A stretch of 64,000 nt of DNA from an uncultured Gammaproteobacteria bacterium. GTDB lineage: Bacteria; Patescibacteriota; Patescibacteriia; UBA10025; JAHIVO01. A program made the translations under genes and the position numbers. This document shows positions 17,807 through 27,458 of this stretch, one piece after another. The DNA lies in contig CAZQBL010000025.1 of assembly GCA_964592105.1 (NCBI GenBank), forward strand, positions 58 through 64,057. Reading direction: 5' to 3'. A model generated the notes under the pieces. That model ran no database searches. It was not told where the DNA came from and saw nothing but the letters and a program-made list of their open reading frames with translations. How positions within the stretch are numbered: the first letter of the stretch is position 1; each line of letters starts with the position of its first letter.

Positions 17807-19052
17807 TTTTTTTTAAATATTTAATGCCTAGAAAGTAAAAATAGCATAAGACCAACACATTGGCTGCCACCACCCAGATAGATTTATAAAAACTCAAATC
17901 GAAAAATCTATAGGTATGATCAAACGGCAAAACCGCCAGCAGATTTACCATAAAGGTAACGGACAAAACACCGAAAACCCAGCGCAACCTTTTATCCGTA
18001 AACAGACACATGGCCAGAATGGGCAGAACCGGATACATGTATCGTTCGTGCATTTCCGTGGGCAGCATGAAAAACGCCAACGAAGCAAAAGCCGCCGAGA
18101 AAAAAATTCCCTGGTAATCCCGTTTTTTGGTCAAAAACCACAAAATACAACCATAAAAACCAATAAACAGAGACAGACCGATAGCAAAATACGGAATTCT
18201 CAGAAATGTCTGAGTATCCATGACGTTTTTCAGATAGCCGCCGGTAAAAGGCCACCAGATATTAAAAGCATTCATGGAAATATACGGCGAATAGCCAGCT
18301 GAGGTGAAAATTACCCTCAAAACATGTAAAAAGTTCCCTGTGACGATAAAAGGAGCGGTCACAAGCAAAAACACAGCTAGACCCAAGCCGATATAACCGA
18401 ATATTTTTTTCCAGCCCTTATCCTTAACGGTCGCCAACATGATAATCGGCAAAATAATAAAACTCTGAAGTTTCATGAGCATGGCCAAGGTAATAAAAAT
18501 CCAGGATCTGAAAAACTTTTTTTGCGTCAGAAAGTACAGAGACAAGATAATAAAAAAGGCGTGAATAGAATCAACCTGACCCCAATAACTGGAATTATAG
18601 ATAATACCGGGATTTAAATAATATGCCACCATAGATAGTAAGGCGATCTTGAAATTGGATTTTTTTTTCAGCAAGAAAAATATGGCCAGCGCCGTCAGCA
18701 CATCAAAAAGAATCCCGTTCAGCTTCAGAATAAACGTCAGCGGCGTTTTCATGTCAATAAAAAAATCGGCCGAATAGAATTTTTGATAAATTACCCCGCT
18801 GAATTTTAAGAAATACAAATATATCGGCAAATAATTAGGCGTTGGTACGAATTTTTCACTACCGTCAATAACCGCGTTGGCCGATGAATCATAGATATTG
18901 CCCAAACCGTTGACCACGGCACTTCTGCTCCAGGCCTGAAACAACAAGATGTCGTCGACAAAACCTTTATTAGGCGCAATGACCAGCCTGATGCCAAGCC
19001 CAACCACTAAAATAACTAATAATAATATTAACTGCCGCTTGCTACTCTTCAT
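17751..19052 (-). CDS. polytopic membrane protein, putative GT-C glycosyltransferase
   Basis: ~11 TM helices; first-loop acidic motif FVDDILLF; YWGQVDS resembles GT87/PIG-M-like mannosyltransferases. Confidence 0.4.
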   Translation of the reverse strand: MKSSKRQLILLLVILVVGLGIRLVIAPNKGFVDDILLFQAWSRSAVVNGLGNIYDSSANAVIDGSEKFVPTPNYLPIYLYFLKFSGVIYQKFYSADFFIDMKTPLTFILKLNGILFDVLTALAIFFLLKKKSNFKIALLSMVAYYLNPGIIYNSSYWGQVDSIHAFFIILSLYFLTQKKFFRSWIFITLAMLMKLQSFIILPIIMLATVKDKGWKKIFGYIGLGLAVFLLVTAPFIVTGNFLHVLRVIFTSAGYSPYISMNAFNIWWPFTGGYLKNVMDTQTFLRIPYFAIGLSLFIGFYGCILWFLTKKRDYQGIFFSAAFASLAFFMLPTEMHERYMYPVLPILAMCLFTDKRLRWVFGVLSVTFMVNLLAVLPFDHTYRFFDLSFYKSIWVVAANVLVLCYFYFLGIKYLKKNELQAPEEKTIDSPANLQ

Positions 19053-20640
19053 AAGACTTGTTGTCGATTATTTTGAAAACTGGATTAGTATCAGACTCAT
19101 TGGTCTTGTTTCCGGAATCGTTGATAATGGCCGTGGCTGGAACAGCAGGCACATCTTGAATCAGTCCGATATACAAGTTATCGTCATTTTTATTATAACA
19201 TTTATTTATGTCACAAAAAACGAACTTATCGAAGCTGACAACGTTTTCCCAATCATCATCTCGGTACTGCCGCACGACCCTAGTCTTTTGAAATTCGCCA
19301 GGATCATAAGCCAAATAAAAAAGCAGATAAATATACGATTCATTGATTTGATCGGTCATATAAACAGTTGCGAATTTATCAGAGTTTTTTTCTATATAAC
19401 CGACCACCGTTTTAATATTATGATAATGGTGAACCCCGCCCTGAACTTTATCTGGGTACTTCTCGTATTGGGAGGCGAGGGCTGGGGCATAAACAAAAAA
19501 AACCAACACGACAAGTGCCGCTAGCAGAAATTTTAAATAGACCGGCGGCAAGGCGACTTTTGGCCTTAACCACTGCGCCAAAGTATAAAGGCCATATCCG
19601 GAAAAAAGCGGAATGACGGACAGACAAAAAGCGCCGCGCAAAAGATGCAAGGGATAATCAGTTAAGGCCACCGGTAGTGGCATAATAAAAAAAAGAAACA
19701 ACAGTAGTTGGTAGTGCTCTTCTCTTCTTTTCCGTAAAACCAGCAGCAAACCGCGCATGGCCAAAAACGCCTCTACCACTAATGCCAAGAAGACTAAAAC
19801 TAGAGCGATAAAAGTTATATACAAATAATAAGTGGAAACAACTTCCAACAAACCACGCCAACCACCATGGAGGGCTGAAACCTGATTAAATCTACCCTGT
19901 AGCCTGGTCCACTGGGTCAGCTGCAAATAGATAAATGGAGCGACGATCAATAATAGAATTAACCAGAAAGATAAGAAATACTTACTTATCGAATTAAACT
20001 TTTTTCGATAAACAAAAACTAAACCGATTAATATCAATGGCAACAATAGTTTTGTTATTGAATAACCGTACAAAGACAAGCCTAATGGTATAGCGCTTAA
20101 GACCACATGCCCGGGCCGCTGCTTGAGACCGGCCACAAACAAAAACAATCCCAAACTCAACAAAAAAGGAACCATGATGGCTTCGTGGCCCGCCCGACTT
20201 AACATCACGTGCCAGGGGGATATGGCCAGCAATAAAGCTGATAGCAATCCTATATTTTTGTTGTTGAAAATTTCTTTCGACAGACAATATGTTATCAAAA
20301 CCGTCAGCACGCCAAAAATCGCGGCTGGTAGTCGCGTCGAAAATTCATTAAGTCCAAACAATGCAACCGCGGGAATATCGGCGTAAATATACATAGAAAA
20401 ACGGTTATCAACACGATCACTGAAACCTTCAAAATATAAAGGCCAAACATTTCCGCGATGGTCCTTGCCTGTTTTTAACAAAGAATAAGCTTCGTAGCCA
20501 GTCAGCGCTTCATCATTATTTATCCCTTCAGGTAGACTACCCAAAAAAGCGAAGCGTAAAATTGTAGCCAGGATCATAATCGCCAAAAGCGGCCACATTG
20601 TTTTTTTATTTCTTTGAATTCCATCTTGGGCCGGCTCCAT
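19042..20640 (-). CDS. GT39/GT83 (ArnT/PMT)-family glycosyltransferase
   Basis: LPEGINNDEALTGYEAYSLLKTGKD: first-loop DE motif of PMT/ArnT enzymes followed by many TM helices. Confidence 0.65.
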   Translation of the reverse strand: MEPAQDGIQRNKKTMWPLLAIMILATILRFAFLGSLPEGINNDEALTGYEAYSLLKTGKDHRGNVWPLYFEGFSDRVDNRFSMYIYADIPAVALFGLNEFSTRLPAAIFGVLTVLITYCLSKEIFNNKNIGLLSALLLAISPWHVMLSRAGHEAIMVPFLLSLGLFLFVAGLKQRPGHVVLSAIPLGLSLYGYSITKLLLPLILIGLVFVYRKKFNSISKYFLSFWLILLLIVAPFIYLQLTQWTRLQGRFNQVSALHGGWRGLLEVVSTYYLYITFIALVLVFLALVVEAFLAMRGLLLVLRKRREEHYQLLLFLFFIMPLPVALTDYPLHLLRGAFCLSVIPLFSGYGLYTLAQWLRPKVALPPVYLKFLLAALVVLVFFVYAPALASQYEKYPDKVQGGVHHYHNIKTVVGYIEKNSDKFATVYMTDQINESYIYLLFYLAYDPGEFQKTRVVRQYRDDDWENVVSFDKFVFCDINKCYNKNDDNLYIGLIQDVPAVPATAIINDSGNKTNESDTNPVFKIIDNKSYEE

Positions 20641-20650
20641 AATGACTAAT

Positions 20651-22069
20651 TTATTTTTTTATTTCCTCGTGATAAACACGCTCGGTATTGACCTGCCACA
20701 GATCATGTTTGGCGCCAAAAACATTTTCAACTGCCAGCATAGCTGTGTACATTGAATGATCCTGATTATTGTAACGGTGCATGCCGTTACGCCCCACTGT
20801 ATAAAAATTTGAAAAAACCGACAGTGCTTTTCTTATTACCGGCATGGCTTGTTCGTAATTATCATCATAAATCGGGTAGGTTTTCTCCATCCGCACCACA
20901 GTTCCCGCGCTCACTTCATTTTTTTTAACCAAACCTATTTTTTCCAGCTCGGCTTTGGCTAAATTAACTAAGTCCTGATCGGACATATTCCACACGGCAT
21001 CGTTTTTAAAACAAAAATACTCCAGCCCCAGGCAGGACTGATTTTTGTCGGCCACCATGTCCGGCGACCAATTTTTAAAATTTTGAATCCGCCCCAAACG
21101 TACTTCCGGCTCGTGAATGTAAATCCAGTTGTCGGGAAAAATCTCTCGACGATTGACCACCAGAGCAACAGTGATAAAATCTCGGTAATTCAGTGAATAA
21201 GCGGCCCTAATCACCTCTTCCGACAACCTTGGCGAAAATAAACCAATAAGTTCCTGAAGCGGCATACTGGAAATAATGTTGTCGGCCTCCCATAATTCCG
21301 ATTGGGAAGCGACGTCGCCTCTCAGGCGGCAACCAATAACCCTCCGGCCATCGTGAACTATTTCGACTGGCCGGGTGTTATAAATCACTCGGCCATAGCC
21401 GGATCTCTCCACTGCCTCGGCTGTTCGGCGCCACATCATACCTGGACCCAAGCGCGGATAATAAAATTCCTCAATCAAGGTTTTGATGGCATTGCCTCGG
21501 TTGCCCAGCAGAGCGGTTTTTAAAAGAGTAACAAAAGACAACCCTTTAATCCGTTGCGCCGCCCATTCGGCTTTTATTTTCGTACAGGGAATACCCCAAA
21601 CCTTTTCCGTATACGATCTAAAAAACAGGCTATATAATCGCCGGCCAAAACGATTGACGATGTAATCTTCGAAGTTTTCCTCATGCGGGGATTTTTTGAA
21701 ACGGCTGATGAAAAAACTTACACCGCAAAGCGCCGACTCCCAAAACCCCAGTTTTTTCATCACATCAAAAATCTTTATGGGATAATAAAAAAACTTCTTC
21801 CGGTAATAAATTCGCGACAACCGGGGGCGCTTCAGGAAATCTTGGCCCAGCACCTCCTGCCACATGGTCATGACGCGGGGAATTTTGGTAAAAAAACGAT
21901 GACCACCGATGTCAAAATAATTTCCGGCACTTTCCACAGTTCTGGCAATACCGCCGACCATTGAGTCTTTTTCTACGATAATGGAGTGCCGCCGTCGTTT
22001 GGCCAGTTCATAAGCCGCGGTCAAACCGGCCGGCCCCGCTCCAATAATCAATGTTTGCGTTTTAGGCAT
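20651..22069 (-). CDS. FAD-dependent oxidoreductase, UDP-galactopyranose mutase-like
   Basis: N-terminal Rossmann LIIGAGPAGLTAAYELAK; GGIARTV...FDIGGHRFFT and FFRSYTEKVWG parallel UGM motifs (GGNSY...HVYGPHIFHT; FFKGYTIKQWG). Start taken at MPKTQTL (22069) to avoid overlapping GtrA. Confidence 0.5.
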   Translation of the reverse strand: MPKTQTLIIGAGPAGLTAAYELAKRRRHSIIVEKDSMVGGIARTVESAGNYFDIGGHRFFTKIPRVMTMWQEVLGQDFLKRPRLSRIYYRKKFFYYPIKIFDVMKKLGFWESALCGVSFFISRFKKSPHEENFEDYIVNRFGRRLYSLFFRSYTEKVWGIPCTKIKAEWAAQRIKGLSFVTLLKTALLGNRGNAIKTLIEEFYYPRLGPGMMWRRTAEAVERSGYGRVIYNTRPVEIVHDGRRVIGCRLRGDVASQSELWEADNIISSMPLQELIGLFSPRLSEEVIRAAYSLNYRDFITVALVVNRREIFPDNWIYIHEPEVRLGRIQNFKNWSPDMVADKNQSCLGLEYFCFKNDAVWNMSDQDLVNLAKAELEKIGLVKKNEVSAGTVVRMEKTYPIYDDNYEQAMPVIRKALSVFSNFYTVGRNGMHRYNNQDHSMYTAMLAVENVFGAKHDLWQVNTERVYHEEIKK

Positions 22070-22082
22070 TACTAAAAAATTT

Positions 22083-22493
22083 TTAATGTTTAAAGGCAAA
22101 TTTTCTCCTGGCCAAAAAATTCCAGATAAGCACCAAACCCACACTGATAATTTTAGCAGCCATGTACCAGATCCCTAATAAATCAACAAAAAAATACAGG
22201 AAAAACTCGTTTAAGGCTAGTCCAATTATACCAATAATCGCGAATATTATAAATTCGCGGCTCGGCGAATAAACACTCTGAAAAACCCAGGCCCGACTCA
22301 ATAAATAATTAATTATCAGGCCGGCGATGAAGGCCGCTACGGCGGAAATCAAATAGTGAAACCCAACCCAGTCGGTGAGGGCGAATAGTAAAAATATGTC
22401 CACCGCGGCAGCCAACGCCCCCACAAAAACATAGCGCACAAATTGAATTCGAAAATTATCGCTTTTCCCGACAATTATTTTCTGTAAATCCAT
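22083..22493 (-). CDS. GtrA-family membrane protein (polysaccharide synthesis/translocation)
   Basis: 136 aa, four TM helices, FVRYVFVGALAAAVDIFLLFALTDWVGFHYL typical of GtrA. Confidence 0.75.
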   Translation of the reverse strand: MDLQKIIVGKSDNFRIQFVRYVFVGALAAAVDIFLLFALTDWVGFHYLISAVAAFIAGLIINYLLSRAWVFQSVYSPSREFIIFAIIGIIGLALNEFFLYFFVDLLGIWYMAAKIISVGLVLIWNFLARRKFAFKH

Positions 22494-22856
22494 CGATGTT
22501 TATTTAAAATTCAATCGTTACTAATTAATAAATCGGAACATCCTGTGGAAACAATATACTGTTCGGCAATAAGCTAATCCGTCCGATCGAGAAGATTATC
22601 GGAAATTATATATATAGGCCAATTAATTATAAACGTTATAATGATATTGGTCGAGCTCTTTTGCTAGACGGCGCCAGCGTTCTGCACTCGCCCGGAAAAA
22701 ATCTTGACGAGAAATTGTCGCCAGAGCTCGAGTTTATCATCATATTTAAAAAAAATATTCTGGGGCGGGTCCGGGCCGCTCGAAATTAAAAAAGAATAAA
22801 AATATTACTGATCAAAAAATTCGGTATTGGCCAAAAAATCAATATTCATGCCGATT

Positions 22857-24074
22857 TCAATAAAAAATATAAAACATAAACACTACTAGTGTCAGCCAAG
22901 GAACAAATTCGCTACCTTGTTTAGCAAAAACTAATATTAAAAGCGGGGCCAGCCAGATTACATACCAAGGCTGGAAATAAGAAAGCCCGAAAACCAGAAA
23001 AACCGCCAAAACCAAAAGAATTTTTAAAATTGCCGTATTCGTGTCCCAATGGCGGTGAATTAAAATAATCAAGGCATAAAAAATAATAAAAATACCCAAA
23101 AATACATTTTTAACAACAGGTAAAGCATCTGCTCCCCGGGCATAAAAGAGTAATTTGGCGGGATAAAAAAACGGTTGGCCAAAAAGCTTGGCCTGGATCA
23201 TTACGCCGCGAAAGGTTTCAAATCCCTGCCAAAACGGCAGATAGCATATGACAAACAGCAAGACACAAATACCCGTGGTCTTAAGCCAAAAAACCGACAA
23301 TTGTTTTTCTTTTTGACCCACGGCTATCCATAAAATAAAAATCGGCAACAAAATAATCGCAACATATTTAACTAAAACAGCCAAAGCCAAAGCCGGCAAG
23401 GCCCATAACTTTTTATTTTTAACCATCAGACCAACGGCTAATAAAATGAAAAAGGCCACCATGATGTCGTTATGTCCGTTGTTGGCCACCTCAAAAATCA
23501 ACCAGGGATTCCAGGCCATGAGAAAAAGCCCATTTTTTTTGGATTCCGGCGCCATTACCTCTAATATCAACGATAAAATAAAAACACAGCCGATCCCGAA
23601 AGCAACGGCCAACAGTTTAAACAAAATCGCGCTGGCGAATATATTTGTCCCCGCCAGAATGCCGATTGGCACGACCATCAGCAACCACAGCGGACCATAG
23701 GTTAGTGGCAAGGTCCGCCAGGGCTCGCCAATACGGTTGTAAAAAATATCAGCAGAAAAACTATCCGGGGACACGATATAAGGATTGGCGTGATAAATGC
23801 CGACAATTCTGCTCATCATGGCGTAATTACTAATGTCAGACGAACCGCGTGATGGAAAAAAAACGCAGGTCAAAACGAAAAATAAACTGAAAAAAAACAA
23901 TATTCGGCCACTGACAGTATTTTTCTTGAATATCAAATAAGAAAATAAAAAAACTAAACCAATTCCCAAAACAAAAATTATGCGCCACAGAAGGTTTCCG
24001 TAAAAACCAAGTAAAAGCATAAATAAAATTTCCATCGCGACACCCGCCAGGATAATTTTTTTCCCGTTGCTCAT
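22857..24074 (-). CDS. DUF2029/GT87-like membrane glycosyltransferase
   Basis: SSDISNYAMMSRIVGIYHANPY matches the D...Y......G.NPY loop motif of DUF2029 mannosyltransferases; ~11 TM helices. Confidence 0.5.
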   Translation of the reverse strand: MSNGKKIILAGVAMEILFMLLLGFYGNLLWRIIFVLGIGLVFLFSYLIFKKNTVSGRILFFFSLFFVLTCVFFPSRGSSDISNYAMMSRIVGIYHANPYIVSPDSFSADIFYNRIGEPWRTLPLTYGPLWLLMVVPIGILAGTNIFASAILFKLLAVAFGIGCVFILSLILEVMAPESKKNGLFLMAWNPWLIFEVANNGHNDIMVAFFILLAVGLMVKNKKLWALPALALAVLVKYVAIILLPIFILWIAVGQKEKQLSVFWLKTTGICVLLFVICYLPFWQGFETFRGVMIQAKLFGQPFFYPAKLLFYARGADALPVVKNVFLGIFIIFYALIILIHRHWDTNTAILKILLVLAVFLVFGLSYFQPWYVIWLAPLLILVFAKQGSEFVPWLTLVVFMFYIFY

Positions 24075-25693
24075 GGTAAAACCTTATAAATGCTAATGTC
24101 GTTTTCGGAAAAAACCCGCCGCAGGTATTTTTTTGTTGACGGATCATAATGCCCCGCCGCTTTTTCATATCTGCCCCAGAAAACGTAGGTTATGTTATTC
24201 TGCTTCAAAAACTCCAGCTTCTCGGCCGATTGATTGTCGTCTTTCCAAAACCAATCGCTTTGCTCAAGTTTTTTCTCTAAATCGGCGGTCTGGGGCCATT
24301 GTCCCAGCCAAACCACGCGCCCCGAATAAGCTGGAATGAAATTTCCCGTGTTAAAAGCCGAAAAAATCACATCATTCAAATCCGTATTATTTTTCAGCCA
24401 GACCATGGCTTTCATTTCACTGATGGTCAAATAATATGGCGCGGTCTTCTCCTTTTGATAAAGATAAATATCCTGCCCCAAAATCTGAATATTAGAAAGC
24501 GGCAGAAAAATAAGCAAAACAGCGCCTAGGGCCATTTGGCCATAAGAAAGCGACGCCGTCTTTCTTCGCCAACGATCGAACAAATAAAAAACTCCCGCAG
24601 CCGCTAAAATACTAATCGAAAAATGGAGTCCTTCGGAAAGTCGTCTTTGAAAAGCCAATGGCGCATACACTAGCATGGCCGAAGTAAAAAACCAGGCCAC
24701 AGGAAAAAACCATCTGGCTGACAACTGACGAAACACGTGCCACAGACCGACCATGGCTAAAATCAAAAGCAGACCGTATCCTATTACATACATCCAAACA
24801 TCGGGCGAAGGCAGGATGTTTTGACTGTTCCACCTGCTGATAACCCAGTCACGTCTGTTTATCAGATACAAATACAAAAAAGCCGGTAACGGCATAAAAA
24901 CGAGCCATAAGGAATTACGGACATAGCTCCAGACAACCCTCCTCTGCCACAAAAACAGTATCAGCAGATAAACCGCCAAAACGGCATAAACAGTCACAAT
25001 ATTAAAAGGATGAAACCAGACCAGAAAAAAACAAGCCAGTCCGGCCCAAAGGCTATATGATCTCCTACTAGATTCAAAACCTAAAAGCTGCAGCAAAAAA
25101 ATTAAAACAATCAGGGTTAGGGAGGCAATCAGATGCGGATAATGATAAAGGGTCAAGAAGGTCACGCTTTCCGCGATCCAGATGTCCGCGGGATGGTGAA
25201 GAATATTATCAATGTTGAAAAGAAAAGGATTGAAAAACAGGCCCAAGCCGGAAGAAAACAACAAAATAACTAGGGTCCAGCGGCGCCTTGACTCACCGGA
25301 GAAAAAATAACAAATCAGGAGATAAGCAGTGAAAATAAAAAATAAGATGGCAATAATTCTGGCCAAGTGCAGGGCTAATAAATTCGGCAAATTGAAAACC
25401 TTAGCGGCCCAGCCGATCACCAAATAAAATGGATTGATGTAGACCCGCGCCTGTGCTTCGGCAGTGAATAAATTCAAAAAAATACCGTGTCCCTGCTTAG
25501 CCTGCTCAATCATAGACAGATAGACGTTGGTGTCGCCCGGCGCTAGGTGATGGATGCCGGTATAAACCATATCTTCGGGCGCGGTTAAATATCCGTAAAT
25601 ATAAGGAATAGAAGTGATAACTACCGTCACTAAGGCCAACCCGAAAACAAAACGCCATTGTCTGGGACTGATAGTCTTTAAAAGTTGTCGCAT
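24071..25693 (-). CDS. large polytopic membrane protein, putative GT-C glycosyltransferase (paralog of 15426..17105)
   Basis: WRFVFGLALVTVVITSIPYIYGYLTAPEDMVYTGIHHLAPGDTNVYLSMIEQAKQG aligns with the 15426 protein. Confidence 0.45.
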   Translation of the reverse strand: MRQLLKTISPRQWRFVFGLALVTVVITSIPYIYGYLTAPEDMVYTGIHHLAPGDTNVYLSMIEQAKQGHGIFLNLFTAEAQARVYINPFYLVIGWAAKVFNLPNLLALHLARIIAILFFIFTAYLLICYFFSGESRRRWTLVILLFSSGLGLFFNPFLFNIDNILHHPADIWIAESVTFLTLYHYPHLIASLTLIVLIFLLQLLGFESSRRSYSLWAGLACFFLVWFHPFNIVTVYAVLAVYLLILFLWQRRVVWSYVRNSLWLVFMPLPAFLYLYLINRRDWVISRWNSQNILPSPDVWMYVIGYGLLLILAMVGLWHVFRQLSARWFFPVAWFFTSAMLVYAPLAFQRRLSEGLHFSISILAAAGVFYLFDRWRRKTASLSYGQMALGAVLLIFLPLSNIQILGQDIYLYQKEKTAPYYLTISEMKAMVWLKNNTDLNDVIFSAFNTGNFIPAYSGRVVWLGQWPQTADLEKKLEQSDWFWKDDNQSAEKLEFLKQNNITYVFWGRYEKAAGHYDPSTKKYLRRVFSENDISIYKVLP

Positions 25694-25749
25694 ACTGGAA
25701 TTATAGATTATTTATTCCAAAAACTCTATAATTTAAGCGTGAATCATAG

Positions 25750-26205
25750 ACCAATAATCACATGCCAAGAAATTACTCCAAGAAAATAAACTTATCATAC
25801 TAGCCGGACTGGCTTTTGTAGTCAGCGAGCCGTTTTACGTCTTGGCTATCTCACTCTGGCAAAACCACGATGAATTAGAACACTACGCCTATGCTCATTA
25901 TCTTTATCTGGTCGAACAACGAGCATGGCCGCCTTATCGAGCTGCTCATGATTGATTAAAGACAGGCATCCGGAAGGAAAGCTGCTTATCGACAACAAAG
26001 AATACAATGAAAATCTGATTTTTTACTTCAGTTATTACCAAAAAAAACCAAGCCGAACTTTTATTGAACCGACTCAGTGCTTATAAACCATGGTTTTTCG
26101 GACACCCAGTTGGATTTCTGATATTATTCTTGTCCTACCTAGTGATTATCACCGGGCTGGCCTGGGCCCTGGTCAAAAATAACCAGGGTGATGACGAGAA
26201 GCATT
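25750..26205 (+). pseudogene. fragmented remnant of a membrane-protein gene (three or more frame disruptions)
   Basis: Open pieces in different frames (LAFVVSEPFYVLAISLWQNHDELEHYAYAHYLYLVEQ...; ...AYKPWFFGHPVGFLILFLSYLVIITGLAWALVKNNQGDDEKH*). No ORF of 60 aa or more. Confidence 0.3.
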
Positions 26206-27445
26206 AAACCGCGAGTCTGGTCAGACCGGCCTTTCGTCTAAAATTTTCCCTCCAAATTTTTTCACCAATCAAGTAAATAATCACGACCAAAATAATGGTC
26301 CGACCCAGAACCACCATTTCAAATCCCGGGGCGTAGGGACTTAACAGATCCCAGGCCACAGGAAACTGCAGATAACTGAAAATATCATAAGCCACCCACC
26401 ATAAGGCCTGACGCCAGCTGTTGACTATTAAGACGAAAAATGGTAATAGCCAAATAAGCCATTGGGGTGAATAATACACTCCCCAGAAAACATAAACCAA
26501 GAGGACCAAACCAGACCAACGAATGACATCAATTGGCGTTTTTATATATTTTTTAAAAACATCATAACCGGCAAATATCAAAATCGGTAGAAGTAATTGT
26601 AGTAGAGAAAATATCTTAACGGCTAAAGAGGCTCCGACATTAAAAATCTCCTCCGGCAAAAAACCGGACAATGCCTGATAAAAAATAACAAGAAACGAAC
26701 CATAACCAAAAAACCTTAATGACTGATAGGCATAGGGAAACAAGCCGTTTTCCAGTCCGGCTACCAGACAAACCAAGCCAGTAACCAGCAAAACCGGCAC
26801 CAGAAAAAACAATAGTGGCCCACTGAACGTCTTTATTAGCGGCCCTTTTCCTTGTTGATTCAAATAAAAAACAAACCAGATCGGAAAAAGAACCAGGGCA
26901 TAGCCTTTAGTTAAAAATAATAAACTTAACAAAAAAAACGACCAACTCCATTTTTTTTTAATCAGCAATAACAAGCTTAACATGGATAAAAACGCAGGCA
27001 AGACATCAAATCTGTTTACGGCAAAATACAAAAAAGCCGGCAATGCAAAAAGCCATGTCCATCTGTTTTGGCCACCGAAGTCTTTCATCAAATAAAAAGT
27101 CATGGCAATAACCGCCAGGGCCACTATGGCATTCAAGATAATAAGCAATGCGCTGTAAACATTGAGCTGGTCGGTAAACAGGGCGGGTATGGTCAGGTAT
27201 AAAATAGCCAGAGGCGGATAGCTAAGATGTGTATCCTGATAAGGTAGCTGACCTCGGTGATAATATCCCGCCATATCAAAAAAAGCCCTTGCTTCCTGAT
27301 CATCACGGAAAAGCCGCAAGCCGCCGTTTTGATTATCTATAAACAGTTTTGACGGCGCCGAAACCACCATAACCACAACCACGGTCAACAAGCAAATAAA
27401 AAGCCAATAGCTTCTCGGAATTGATTGTATCTGGTTAAACGCCAT
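26204..27445 (-). CDS. DUF2029/GT87-like membrane glycosyltransferase
   Basis: FDMAGYYHRGQLPYQD loop motif (D..Y....G..PY) plus ~10 TM helices. Confidence 0.45.
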   Translation of the reverse strand: MAFNQIQSIPRSYWLFICLLTVVVVMVVSAPSKLFIDNQNGGLRLFRDDQEARAFFDMAGYYHRGQLPYQDTHLSYPPLAILYLTIPALFTDQLNVYSALLIILNAIVALAVIAMTFYLMKDFGGQNRWTWLFALPAFLYFAVNRFDVLPAFLSMLSLLLLIKKKWSWSFFLLSLLFLTKGYALVLFPIWFVFYLNQQGKGPLIKTFSGPLLFFLVPVLLVTGLVCLVAGLENGLFPYAYQSLRFFGYGSFLVIFYQALSGFLPEEIFNVGASLAVKIFSLLQLLLPILIFAGYDVFKKYIKTPIDVIRWSGLVLLVYVFWGVYYSPQWLIWLLPFFVLIVNSWRQALWWVAYDIFSYLQFPVAWDLLSPYAPGFEMVVLGRTIILVVIIYLIGEKIWRENFRRKAGLTRLAV

Positions 27446-27458
27446 ATGCTCTACCTAA

